This document shows positions 16,902-27,100 of a DNA stretch of 47,485 bases, one piece after another. The position numbers and the translations under genes are program-made. Where the stretch lies: the NCBI GenBank assembly GCA_002502295.1, contig DANX01000014.1:1-47485 (forward strand), read 5' to 3'. This stretch comes from Euryarchaeota archaeon UBA561. Lineage in GTDB: Archaea > Thermoplasmatota > Poseidoniia > Poseidoniales > Poseidoniaceae. Position 1 is the first letter of the stretch. The number at the start of each line of letters is the position of its first letter. Under the pieces are notes generated by a model. That model did not search any database, had not been told where the DNA came from, and saw only the letters and a program-made list of their open reading frames with translations.

Positions 16902-19900
16902 ATGAGTCTCAATCACAACCAGATGGCGTATGTAGCAATCGTTTCTACCCTCATTTTTGGATCGCTTTTTGTGGGTATCTCTGGGTTTTTCCAAACAAGT
17001 GAGGAAATCGGCGGGTATGAAAGCGCTGTTGAGGAGGACATCCGTGGTGAAACCGCCCTCATCGAGGCGGGTCTTGATACCGATGGCGATGGTCTTTCGG
17101 ACAAGCTGGAAGAAACTCAGTACGGCACGGATGTCAACGATCCTGATACGGACAACGATGGCATGAGTGACGGTTGGGAAGTTCAACATGGACTGAATCC
17201 ACTCGATAACGGTGAATCAGAAGACCTTGAAATAGACCCAACACAAAACGACGAATCAAGCGATGCGCAAGTTGAGAATGAAACTGAATCATGGCCAGAT
17301 CCCAACCAAGGACCGAGTGGAGACCCGGACCGAGACGGATTAACAAACCAAGCCGAACAAGAACTCGGCACAGACCCACAACGCGCCGACACGGACAACG
17401 ATGGACTCAACGACCGCTGGGAATCATTGTACACAACCAGTGTCCAGACACCCGGTGGCGAAGTGGTTTTGTTCAACCCGCTTGATGGCAACTGGGATTG
17501 TCTCTTGCTGGATGCTGCTATGCTCGATGCTCTGCAGGACCGCTTTGACGGTGAAGACGGCATGGCAGACTGGGACGATTTGGCTTCCAATGACCGGCAC
17601 TCGTGCGACATGGTTCTTGATACGGACGACGATGGTTTGGCGAATTTTGAAGAAGAATCGTTCGGTACAAACCCAACATCTCGAGATTCTGACATGGACT
17701 TGATTGATGACATCGTTGAAGTGGCCAACGGAACATTCGGCCTGTTCACGGGCATGGGTGAAAACTGCAATGAACCGCTCCTCCAATCCGTCGTTCGCAC
17801 TGGACCGTTCCACGGCGTGGAACGCAGCTGGTTCATGATGGACATGGACGGCGATGGTCTGCTCAACGGTCCCTCAGATTGGGACACCGATGGCGACGGA
17901 ATGCCTGATGGGTTCGAATACTGCTATTCAGACAGCACCATGGCTCCAAACGCAGCCTATGTGCTGAATCCTGCTAACGCTTCGGACGGCTATGGCGACT
18001 GGGACGAAGATGGAATGAATAACCTAGAGGAATACCAAGTCGCTCAAATTTTTGGTGAAGGCAACTTTACCTCACCCTGGTTGGAAGACACCGACCAAGA
18101 CGAAATGCCAGACCAGTGGGAAGCAGTCAATGGGCTCCATCCTCGCTCAGCGTTGAACCGAAACGAAGACCCTGACATGGACGGATACGATCTTGACGCA
18201 GACGGCCACATCATGTTCAGCGAACTCGAAAACACGGCCATCGTCAACAGTGTTGATGTCTCACTGGGAGATCAAGTGTCAGAAAATCAACAAGTTGCTT
18301 CCGCTCGCATCACCCTCGCAGGTGGCAATCAGCAGGTTGTAGCTTTGCGTTCTCCAGTGGACGGTTACGTTTACGAAATGAACGTCGTTGTTGGGCAAAG
18401 CATTGAATCTCGATTGTTCAGTTGGATGAACATCGTTGAGGAGGAAGAACGCTTTACCAACGTAATGGAGTACAAAGCCAACGACCGTGACCAAGACGGT
18501 ATTCTTGACGGACGAAGCACCGACCCACTCAACGCCGATACCGATGCGGATGGACTCATTGACGGGATTGAAGTGATGGGTTGGGAAATTCTTGTCGTTA
18601 ACCGTGGCGTGCAACCGACTTGGGTGACGTCCGACCCGGGATTGTACGACACCGATGCGGACGGTCTCTCGGATTATGCTGAATTTTCGGCAACATGCAA
18701 CCTCGGCGGTTCAAACGCCTCCAACCCGGACACGGATTCGGATGGACTGACCGATCTTGAGGAAGCGGGTGACAATTTCATGTGGGAGGGTGAATCATAC
18801 TCCACCAGCCCGTGCATGTTTGACACCGACAACGACGGTCTCGAAGACGGTGAAGAGGTGGTTGCAGGCGCTGACAATTTCCTCACGCACGCCAACAATT
18901 CGGACACGGATGACGATGGACTGATCGACGGCCAAGAAGTGCTGTTTGTACCTCGTCCCTTCCAGAACCCGACCAACCCATTGCTTAACGACACCGATGG
19001 TGATGGTATGCTCGATGGATGGGAAATGCAAGTAAAGTCCGCAGAAGACAACACAAACTCTCACAGCCTTTGGGTCGCCACATCTACTTGGGAACGCCCG
19101 GGTTGCGAGTCCACCCAAACCAGTTCGTGCACAATGCAGCCTGGTGGCTATGTTTGGCAGAATTGGCTCGGTGGTTTTGCGCTGGAACCTAAATTCCAAG
19201 TGAGTGAAATGAACCTTACAGGATTCCAGATGCCCAGTAGCGACCTTTGCGACGGGTGCAATGGACGTTGGGCCCTTGACCCATCACTGAGTTCGTTGAA
19301 AGACGACACCTTTGACATTGACAACGATACGCTCGCAAACGGCATGGAAGCCCCTGATCGATGGGATACCAACCCTGTCGACGATGACACCGATGGCGAC
19401 ATGCTGCCCGATGGGTGGGAAGTCTACTACTCCCAACTTGCTTTCGAGACAGGACTGGCCGACAACGAAACCGTCGGCGTTTATGGCGCTCGTGGCGTGA
19501 TGGACCCGTCCATGCCGGACAGCGATTTGGACGGCATTGACGATGGGTTTGAAGACCCAGACAACGATGGTTTGAATCGAACTGGGTTGGTAAAGCGGTA
19601 TTGTCCTGGGTACAACGACACGACCAACTCGGAGTGCAATATTGACCCAGATACACCTGACGGTCAACGATTCTATGACAATCTACAGAACTACACGAAC
19701 TTTGAGGAGATGCAAAACGGGACCAACCCCATCACCAACGACTCGGATGGCGATGATTGGAACGATGGACCGGAGGTTTACTACCAAGACCACGATGATG
19801 ACGGCATGGCGACCGGCTGGGAATACCATTTCCAGTTCGATCCGTTTGACGGCGCCGACCGAATGGTTGACACCGACGGCGACGGCCACGTCAATTTCTG

Positions 19901-19982
19901 CGAATACAAGTGGGACACGAACCCTCGTAACCCTGTTTCCTATCCAGGTCAGGGTGAACTGTGCGACCCGTTTAGCGATTGA
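16902..19982 (+). CDS. N-terminally anchored, Asp-rich surface protein built from thrombospondin type-3-like Ca-binding repeats
   Basis: The N-terminal TM is 'YVAIVSTLIFGSLFVGISGFF'. Dozens of 'DxDxDGxxDxxE' units follow (for example 'DTDGDGLSDKLEE', 'DTDNDGMSDGWE', 'DTDADGLIDGIE'). I prefer the ATG at 16902 to the GTG at 16893. Confidence 0.8.
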   Translation: MSLNHNQMAYVAIVSTLIFGSLFVGISGFFQTSEEIGGYESAVEEDIRGETALIEAGLDTDGDGLSDKLEETQYGTDVNDPDTDNDGMSDGWEVQHGLNPLDNGESEDLEIDPTQNDESSDAQVENETESWPDPNQGPSGDPDRDGLTNQAEQELGTDPQRADTDNDGLNDRWESLYTTSVQTPGGEVVLFNPLDGNWDCLLLDAAMLDALQDRFDGEDGMADWDDLASNDRHSCDMVLDTDDDGLANFEEESFGTNPTSRDSDMDLIDDIVEVANGTFGLFTGMGENCNEPLLQSVVRTGPFHGVERSWFMMDMDGDGLLNGPSDWDTDGDGMPDGFEYCYSDSTMAPNAAYVLNPANASDGYGDWDEDGMNNLEEYQVAQIFGEGNFTSPWLEDTDQDEMPDQWEAVNGLHPRSALNRNEDPDMDGYDLDADGHIMFSELENTAIVNSVDVSLGDQVSENQQVASARITLAGGNQQVVALRSPVDGYVYEMNVVVGQSIESRLFSWMNIVEEEERFTNVMEYKANDRDQDGILDGRSTDPLNADTDADGLIDGIEVMGWEILVVNRGVQPTWVTSDPGLYDTDADGLSDYAEFSATCNLGGSNASNPDTDSDGLTDLEEAGDNFMWEGESYSTSPCMFDTDNDGLEDGEEVVAGADNFLTHANNSDTDDDGLIDGQEVLFVPRPFQNPTNPLLNDTDGDGMLDGWEMQVKSAEDNTNSHSLWVATSTWERPGCESTQTSSCTMQPGGYVWQNWLGGFALEPKFQVSEMNLTGFQMPSSDLCDGCNGRWALDPSLSSLKDDTFDIDNDTLANGMEAPDRWDTNPVDDDTDGDMLPDGWEVYYSQLAFETGLADNETVGVYGARGVMDPSMPDSDLDGIDDGFEDPDNDGLNRTGLVKRYCPGYNDTTNSECNIDPDTPDGQRFYDNLQNYTNFEEMQNGTNPITNDSDGDDWNDGPEVYYQDHDDDGMATGWEYHFQFDPFDGADRMVDTDGDGHVNFCEYKWDTNPRNPVSYPGQGELCDPFSD
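17076..19935 (+). repeat. Degenerate tandem coding repeats (TSP3-like DxDxDG units)
   Basis: The GAYACNGAYGGNGAYGG-type codon pattern recurs throughout the gene. This produces long spurious antisense ORFs. Confidence 0.7.
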
Positions 19983-20025
19983 TGAGAACAGGTGATGGAG
20001 GCTGCATCCAAACCACGGATGGCGA

Positions 20026-21564
20026 TTGACAAGCTCGTCTCTTGTCATCCTGATGTTGATGATGGCTACGGTGGTCACGGCCGAGTCATCCAGCGATGCA
20101 AGCGATTCGAACCTCCTCGAATTTGACCAAGCTGAAGGACTTCAAATGACGAACGTCATCAACCTCAGTGGCCATTCCAATTTCCCGTTGCGAAACGCCA
20201 GTTGGTCAATCGTCAACATTTCGAGTTCAACACCGACGACCTTGTTCTCAGGACCTTACCTCACGACCGTTCAGCCGGTTGCTGATGATGATTACCGCTG
20301 GGAACTTGTCGTTGAAGTCCTGGAGTTGGACTGCACCTGCTACGTCGAAATTAGCCTAAATCAAGACGATGAAGCCCAGCAATGGAGGCACCTTGTCTTC
20401 GTCGGAGAGGCCCATCACCGCCCTGTCTTCGCTGATGAACGGGCACTGATTGGAAAAAGCCTCGAAGAGGTTGCAGTCAACGAAGAACCTCAATTGGTGC
20501 GCATCGAAACCACTTTGTCGCTCTCATATGACGTTATACTTCCTCCAACCACGGCAAACGTTGCACAAGTGTCTGCAGAATTGTGCGAGGCCCCAAACGG
20601 CGTGTGCCGCGAAGTGCCTCGAATGGCTTCCATTCCGTTTGTCCAACAAGGCTCTGAAGTGGTGATGACGATCGATCCTGCAAGTCTTGACATGTCTCAG
20701 GGCGTATGGCATATGCAATTTACGGCGACGGATAACCTTCTACGAGAAACCGACTTCATTGAGTCCACGTTCCTCTTTGACAACGAGGCACCTCAAGTTG
20801 AGCTCGTTCTTGAATCCGTTGTGAAGGAACGGGAGCCAATCAACATTTATGCATCGGTGAAAGATGGATACCTTGGTGAATCCACATCGTACACATGGAC
20901 CATCATCAGTGAAAATTCACTACGCAGGGGGCCTTCCGCTGACGAACAAATCTCACCCGACCATCTAAGGCTCAATGTATCCGAACAGGGAACCTACACC
21001 ATCGAGGTGACCGTGAGGGACCGAGCAGGCTACATGACCCAGAAAACGTCGTCGTTCATCGTCATGAACCAACGCCCTACAGCACTCATGAGCGTTGATG
21101 GGTTGGTGTTGTCAAACGACGTTCGTCTCACCCTGACAGACGGCGAGGCTTGGGTTATCAGCGGCAACAATAGCCTTGATAACGAGCCTGTTGACTACCT
21201 TTGGGTGATCAACGACGACCGTTCATGGCGGGGGATTTCCGTCATTACACCAGAACAATTTGATCGGACGGGCTTGCACACCGTGGAACTGATTGTCTTT
21301 GATGACGATGGAGCGACACATGCTACGAAGATTGAGATTGAAATTCTGGCCTCGGAATCTGAACAAAACACCTCATTGCTTGGTTGGATTTTCCCCGCAT
21401 CGTTGGTGTTGGCCGTCATCGTGTTTGTGGGTTGGCGTTCAAGAACCAGCGCCAATCTGGAACTGCCAAAATGGAAGGTTTCCGCTCCTCAAGACGACAG
21501 GCCTGAACACGATAACTACATTGTAGCAGATGCAACGATTGAAGAAGACGAAGCGCGAGGGTGA
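20026..21564 (+). CDS. Secreted PKD/Ig-like repeat protein with a C-terminal TM anchor
   Basis: The signal-like N-terminus is 'SSLVILMLMMATVVTAES' (TTG start). PKD-like signatures include 'YTWTII...GTYTIEVTVRDRAGY' and 'YLWVINDD...GLHTVELIVFDDDGATH'. The C-terminal TM is 'LLGWIFPASLVLAVIVFVGW', followed by an acidic tail. Confidence 0.7.
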   Translation: MTSSSLVILMLMMATVVTAESSSDASDSNLLEFDQAEGLQMTNVINLSGHSNFPLRNASWSIVNISSSTPTTLFSGPYLTTVQPVADDDYRWELVVEVLELDCTCYVEISLNQDDEAQQWRHLVFVGEAHHRPVFADERALIGKSLEEVAVNEEPQLVRIETTLSLSYDVILPPTTANVAQVSAELCEAPNGVCREVPRMASIPFVQQGSEVVMTIDPASLDMSQGVWHMQFTATDNLLRETDFIESTFLFDNEAPQVELVLESVVKEREPINIYASVKDGYLGESTSYTWTIISENSLRRGPSADEQISPDHLRLNVSEQGTYTIEVTVRDRAGYMTQKTSSFIVMNQRPTALMSVDGLVLSNDVRLTLTDGEAWVISGNNSLDNEPVDYLWVINDDRSWRGISVITPEQFDRTGLHTVELIVFDDDGATHATKIEIEILASESEQNTSLLGWIFPASLVLAVIVFVGWRSRTSANLELPKWKVSAPQDDRPEHDNYIVADATIEEDEARG

Positions 21565-21567
21565 TTC

Positions 21568-22941
21568 ATGTTCGCTGAGGCCATGGCTCGTCTACCATCG
21601 CTCCCTCCGCCCACTTTGCTGGAGGAATTCCAGCAGCGCCAAGACCGTTTGACATCTCAATTTCGAAACGATGACGTGTTCGTGCTTGCATCTCCTCCAC
21701 ATGCCGTTCACTCCAACGATGTCCACTACCCATACCGAACATCCAGCGATTTGATGTATCTGACTGGATGGACGGAATCGGAGTCTGTCTTCGTCATTCG
21801 AAACAAAGATGGCCGTTGGGTCTCATCCCTCTTCGTTCAACCAAAAGACACACTAAAGGAAATTTGGGAGGGGCGCCGTCCGGGCGTTGAAGGAGCCCTT
21901 GCGTTGTTTGCTGTGGACGAAGCCTACGGCAATGATGAACTCGAGAGCCTTCTTTCCGGTTGGTTGAACGACGCCCAAAGGGTGTTTGTCCGTGGTGGTG
22001 TAGACCAAGGCATTGACCTGCTTGTTGAAGACGCAGTCCGGCGAAGAGATCGGGCTCGTCAACACTTTGGAAGCGGCCCCGTCGCCGTTGAAGACCCATC
22101 GCGTTTACTCGCTGAATTACGGTTGAGGAAGTCTGCTTCAGAAATAGAACAAATGACCTATGCGTGCAAAGTGGCCAGTGTCGCGCACGAATTGGCAATG
22201 CGACACAGCAGAGAAGGCGTGACTGAATACCAACTTCAATCGGTGATTGAAGGCTTCTTTTCCTACGCAGGGACTTCGGGATGGTCGTATCCATCCATCG
22301 TTGGGTGCGGTGAGAACGCAACGATTCTGCACTACAAAACCAACCAGGATGTCTGTGGAATGGGCGAAGTAATTCTCATTGATGCGGGTGCAGAATACCA
22401 CGGCTACGCCAGCGACATCACCCGGTCGTGGCCCATTTCAGGAAGGTTCACCGATGCTCAGCGGGAAATCTACCAACTCGTTTTGGATTCACAATTGGCC
22501 GCCATCGATGCCTGCCGTGTTGGTAATCTCTACACCGCTCCTCACGACGCTGCACGAACAGTTCTCGCAGAAGGTCTCATTCGCCTCGGTGTTATTTCAC
22601 AAACGCTGGATGAGGCCTTGGACATGGAAACTGGCGAATTAAAAAGCTGGTACATGCACAACACAAGCCACTGGATTGGCCTTGATGTCCACGATGTTGG
22701 TATCTACAAGCCGGGCGGTGAGCCGCGTGTGTTGGAACCAGGCATGTGCCTCACGGTTGAACCAGGCCTGTATTTCGGTGCATGGCGTCCCGACGTTGAT
22801 TGCCCAGAACGGTATGCGAACATTGGGATTCGAATTGAGGACGACGTTCTCATTACCTCCGACGGCCCGGTTGTAATGACAGAAGATTGCCCGAAAAGCA
22901 TTGAAGACATCGAGCGTATTGTTGGTCAACAACTCGACTGA
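21568..22941 (+). CDS. pepP: Xaa-Pro aminopeptidase (M24B, aminopeptidase P)
   Basis: The AMP_N signature is 'HSNDVHYPYRTSSDLMYLTGW'. The M24 metal ligands lie in 'ILIDAGAEYHGYASDITRSWP', 'HWIGLDVHD', 'LTVEPGLY' and 'IRIEDDVLIT'. Confidence 0.88.
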   Translation: MFAEAMARLPSLPPPTLLEEFQQRQDRLTSQFRNDDVFVLASPPHAVHSNDVHYPYRTSSDLMYLTGWTESESVFVIRNKDGRWVSSLFVQPKDTLKEIWEGRRPGVEGALALFAVDEAYGNDELESLLSGWLNDAQRVFVRGGVDQGIDLLVEDAVRRRDRARQHFGSGPVAVEDPSRLLAELRLRKSASEIEQMTYACKVASVAHELAMRHSREGVTEYQLQSVIEGFFSYAGTSGWSYPSIVGCGENATILHYKTNQDVCGMGEVILIDAGAEYHGYASDITRSWPISGRFTDAQREIYQLVLDSQLAAIDACRVGNLYTAPHDAARTVLAEGLIRLGVISQTLDEALDMETGELKSWYMHNTSHWIGLDVHDVGIYKPGGEPRVLEPGMCLTVEPGLYFGAWRPDVDCPERYANIGIRIEDDVLITSDGPVVMTEDCPKSIEDIERIVGQQLD

Positions 22942-22950
22942 GGTGATTGT

Positions 22951-24138
22951 TTGAACTGGGAAAGCATTCTACTGCGTCAATCTGGCTGGTCAAAGGCCCG
23001 CTCGAGTGAACTTCGCATGACTCCCGAGGAAGCCATCGTCATTTACAACGACGCTCCTCTGCATTCCCTCATGCGGGCCGCTCATCAACGGCGCTTGGCC
23101 ATGCACCCGAATGGAAAGGTCAGTTATCTTGTTGATCGAAACATCAACTACACAAATGTGTGCACCATCAACTGCCAATTTTGTTCCTTTTACCGCCCAC
23201 CGGGACACAAGGAAAATTACACTCAAACCTACGAAGAAATATCCGAGCGTATTCAGGAATTGGAAACGATCGGTGGTTCTCGTATTCTCATGCAGGGTGG
23301 CGTAAACCCGTCCTTGCCTTTCCAATGGTACACGGATTTGCTCAAGTTCCTGCGAGTCAACCATCCCTCCATTGACCTGGACTGCTTTAGTCCAATTGAA
23401 ATTGAAGGCCTTGCAGAAGTTTGTGAAATGAGTACACTTGAGGTCTTGCAGCATCTGAAAGCGGCCGGCATGCACGGTTTACCGGGCGGTGGGGCTGAGA
23501 TGTTGGTCGAGGAGGTTCGAAAAGATGTCTCGCCAAAGAAAGGAGCACCTGCGAATTGGCTACGGGTGATGGGTGAGGCTCAATCCCTTGGACTCACAAC
23601 AAGCGCCACCAACGTTATCGGTTTTGGCGAGGGTGCACGGGAGCGCGTTGAACACATGCGGAGAATCCGTGAGTTGCAGTCCTTTTCGCTCGAAAACCAC
23701 GGTCACGGCTTCACGTCATTCATTGCATGGCCGGTTCAACTCGAATCCAATACCTTTGGACGACGGAATCGCGGACAAAACAAGCACGTGCTTGGAGCAG
23801 GTTCTTCTGAATACCTCCGCCACGTTGCGGTCTCTCGCTTATTCCTTGACAACGTGGAAAATATCCAAGCCTCTTGGCCAACCATGGGTCTCAAAGTGGC
23901 CCAAATGGCCCTGCTAGCAGGGGCAAACGACGCGGGCTCGACCATGATGGAGGAGAACGTCGTTTCTGCATCGGGCACCAGCAAGCTCGACGCCACTGAG
24001 GTTGAACTTCAATCCGCAATTGTGCGCGCTGGTTTTTCACCGGTTCGAAGGGACAGCGACTACCAATACCTGCCTACCACCCTGCTTGTTCCTCGTGTGG
24101 CGGAACTTGCGGCACCGCCGCCCGTCATCACGTCGTAG
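22951..24138 (+). CDS. Radical SAM enzyme of the MqnC/MqnE/CofH family (futalosine-pathway menaquinone biosynthesis-like)
   Basis: 'VDRNINYTNVCTINCQFCSFYRPPG' carries the CxxxCxxC cluster in the family-typical context, and 'ILMQGGVNP' is also present. I cannot separate MqnC from MqnE by eye. The listed start is TTG; an alternative ATG lies at 23017. Confidence 0.75.
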   Translation: MNWESILLRQSGWSKARSSELRMTPEEAIVIYNDAPLHSLMRAAHQRRLAMHPNGKVSYLVDRNINYTNVCTINCQFCSFYRPPGHKENYTQTYEEISERIQELETIGGSRILMQGGVNPSLPFQWYTDLLKFLRVNHPSIDLDCFSPIEIEGLAEVCEMSTLEVLQHLKAAGMHGLPGGGAEMLVEEVRKDVSPKKGAPANWLRVMGEAQSLGLTTSATNVIGFGEGARERVEHMRRIRELQSFSLENHGHGFTSFIAWPVQLESNTFGRRNRGQNKHVLGAGSSEYLRHVAVSRLFLDNVENIQASWPTMGLKVAQMALLAGANDAGSTMMEENVVSASGTSKLDATEVELQSAIVRAGFSPVRRDSDYQYLPTTLLVPRVAELAAPPPVITS

Positions 24139-27100
24139 GGCCGTAGAACACAATCCAAACCACGGCACGAATGTTCCGTCCACCGTTGCCGATTCCATCT
24201 GAAGGCACGTATTCAGCACCGTTGTAGTAGCCTCTGTACACCATGTGGTTGGAGTTGTTCGTCGTGTTGTCAACCCAATCGGTAATGTCGTATGTCCACT
24301 GTTTCACATCCTGACCAGCGCACCATCCGGCTCGGCCAAAGGGCCATGATCCGAATTGATTGGCCACGACGCCATTGTTTACTTCGTTTTCACAACCCTC
24401 GTTGCTGTAGACGATGGGATGCCATTCGTAGGTTTGGTGCTCCCCAATGGTGTAGTAATGTTGGTGGTCACAAAATTCTGCACAATTGGCCGTGTCTTGG
24501 TTGAAACCGTGCCCTGTAATGGTCGCTACAATCCCTACGCTCGTGGCGTAGGATGGAACCGTGAAATTGAGCTGGCGTACATGGCGTGATTCGTTGTTGT
24601 AGGTGCCGTCAAATTGCCCACCACTGAACGCATAGGTGCCGTTGATGGCCCGAGTGCCGCTTCCCCAATTGCTGAACAAGAACGTCACCGTCAAATCGCC
24701 CTTGTTTGCGCCAGCATACTTGAACCGCCGCTCTTCACCGTCGTCAAGCATGAACAAATAGGGTGAGATGTCGGTGAGCCACATACCTTCGCGACCGTAA
24801 GTTGTAATCCAACGAATAGCCTCTGTGTTGCAAATGGAATCATTGGTGCGGTCGCAAATGTACATGTAGGCTAAGTAATCCCATTCGTGGCAACCTCCGT
24901 ATGACCCATCTGATTTTTGATATCGGTTCGTTCGCTCGAAACAGGCATGTTCGTGGTACACCTCCAAGGTGTCGTAGGAACTCAGATTATCAGGCAAGTC
25001 AAACGTTGCTTCAGCAAACGAAGAGTAGCCCCCTCCCCAACCGCCGGAGTGCCTTTGGAAATCCATGACGGAAATGGCGTGGACGGCCGGGTCGTGCTCC
25101 CGTATTTTTGTTGGGAATTCTGCGACCCACTGATTGGGTTCATAGGACAAATGGAAGGGGTCGTTGGATTGACTGGTCCATGCGTAAAGAGAACCGGTCT
25201 CACGTGAAAGTTGGAACCGATCAATGCCGATGAAGAAGGGACTCTTGAACGAGCTGATCATCGAACCAAGGCCACCTCCAAGGTTGCTGGCATCGACATC
25301 GATGTAGTGAATCCGAGAGTCCCAATGTGCTTCTTCCGAGGTCGTTAGACCTGCCATGACAGCGTTTCGCTGTTGGAGAACATCGTTGTGGTAGCTGCTG
25401 TCAAATGACCCATAGAAAAGATGGGTGTTTAGTGGAAGATTGCGAATAAACTTTCCAGGATTTTGTCCCCATGTCGCATCGTTGTTGTTGCCGTTGCTGT
25501 CGGTGTACTTGAACATGAAAAAGTAGACATCGTGGCCCGTCCAACGGTCTTTGAAATTGTAGGTTCCATTGAGCGTTGGAAAACTAAACTGTGGAACGGT
25601 TTGCATGGGGCCGTTGAGGCTGCTCGCATCGGTCCAATCAACGGGTTGTTGTACGACAGCACATCCCGTCAAATCAACGCTCCAACGGTCAGGAGATTGT
25701 GGACATTCATCGACGTTGGCAAACACTCCATCTCCATCGATGTCGGCACAACCAACGGCATTCACGACCAGTCCACTGGGTGTTCCTTCGCACTGGTCAA
25801 GCAAATCATTCACACCGTCTTCATCGGTGTCTCGTTCAACGGCTGCGCAGCCGAATTCGTTCACGTCACTGGCTTCGAGAGGAGTGCGTGGGCATTCGTC
25901 AAGGATAGCCCCGGTCCCGTTGACATCGTTCACACCGTCGTTGTCATCGTCTTCGTCTTCGGTTGCGTCCTCGCAACCGTCGTTGTCCCAATCGGTTGTG
26001 GTGTCTGAAATCCAGTTCGCAGCGCCTTTGGCACATGCATCGTTTTCGTCGGTGTGGCCATCGTTGTCATCGTTGTCATCTTCGTCCAAGTCAGAACAAC
26101 CGTCGTTGTCCCAGTCACTGTATCGGTTGGAATACCATCCTTTCCGACCGATCGGGCATAGATCATCGGTGTCCTCAACACCGTCGTTGTCATCGTCGTT
26201 GTCTTCGTCGGCATCGTGGCAGCCATCGTAATCGTAATCTGCAGACGGTGTGCTGACCCAACCATAGGAGCTTGGGCACAAGTCGTACGTGTCAATAATT
26301 CCATCGTTATCGTCGTCCTCGTCTTCATCGTTGTCTCTGCATCCATCTTGATCGCCGTCGGTCGCTTGCGTTGATTGCCAACCATCATCGGCACCGATGC
26401 CCGATGGACACCGATCGTTTGCGTCTTGTATGCCGTCACCGTCTTGGTCGTCACCTGCCCCCTCAATGACGACTTGTGTGGTTGCTGTGTCGCTTGATAG
26501 AGCATACGTTCCACACGTGGCTTGTGTTGTGATGGTATGGGATTGTGTAGCCTCGGTGAAATCAACGAGCACTTTCCAAGCCGATTCCGAATCCAGGCCC
26601 ACCGTGCCCTGAGTTCCGTCCGTGATGGTGTAGGTGATCGTGCATGAATCAGCGTTGAGGTGTTCAACAGAACCCTCAAACCAGACCACGTTGGGTTCCT
26701 CAAGCACCAGTCGGTTCGGTACAGAGATGATTGGAGCTGGTTCTACTGGTGCGAGAACCTCCAAGGGCAGCACAAGAGGAGACATTGCCGGGGTCAGGTC
26801 GGTCGACCCAGCGTTGATAATCGTGACTGAAACGATGTGCTCTCCTGTGATGGTCGGTATAAATTTCAGCTGATATCCAGCTTCATTTTCGGACCATGAA
26901 AGGTCAGATATGGGCGTGAAGTTGGGTTGGAGCACGGTAGGCTCAATCGTCCACTCACCCTCCCCCTCCTGCTGGATCCCGAGGGAAAAAATAGCTTCTT
27001 CACCCAGCGCAATCTCTGATGGTGAAACGATCCATGTCGTTTTCAATGAATACGTGGAAGCTTTGGGTTGTTCAACCTCTGGTGCAGGTTCAGTGGTGCC

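Noticed and set aside
25463-26703. Several long ORFs (181-257 aa; Ser/Thr/His-rich translations) lie antisense to, or out of frame with, the TSP3-repeat region of the 24128-27163 gene. Similar ORFs (for example 17183-17887, 18674-19054, 19216-19667) overlap the 16902-19982 gene.
   Set aside because: They are by-products of the GAY-rich periodic codon usage of Asp repeats, which is stop-free in other frames. Their translations are low-complexity and lack any motif. The sense genes have clear domain signatures.
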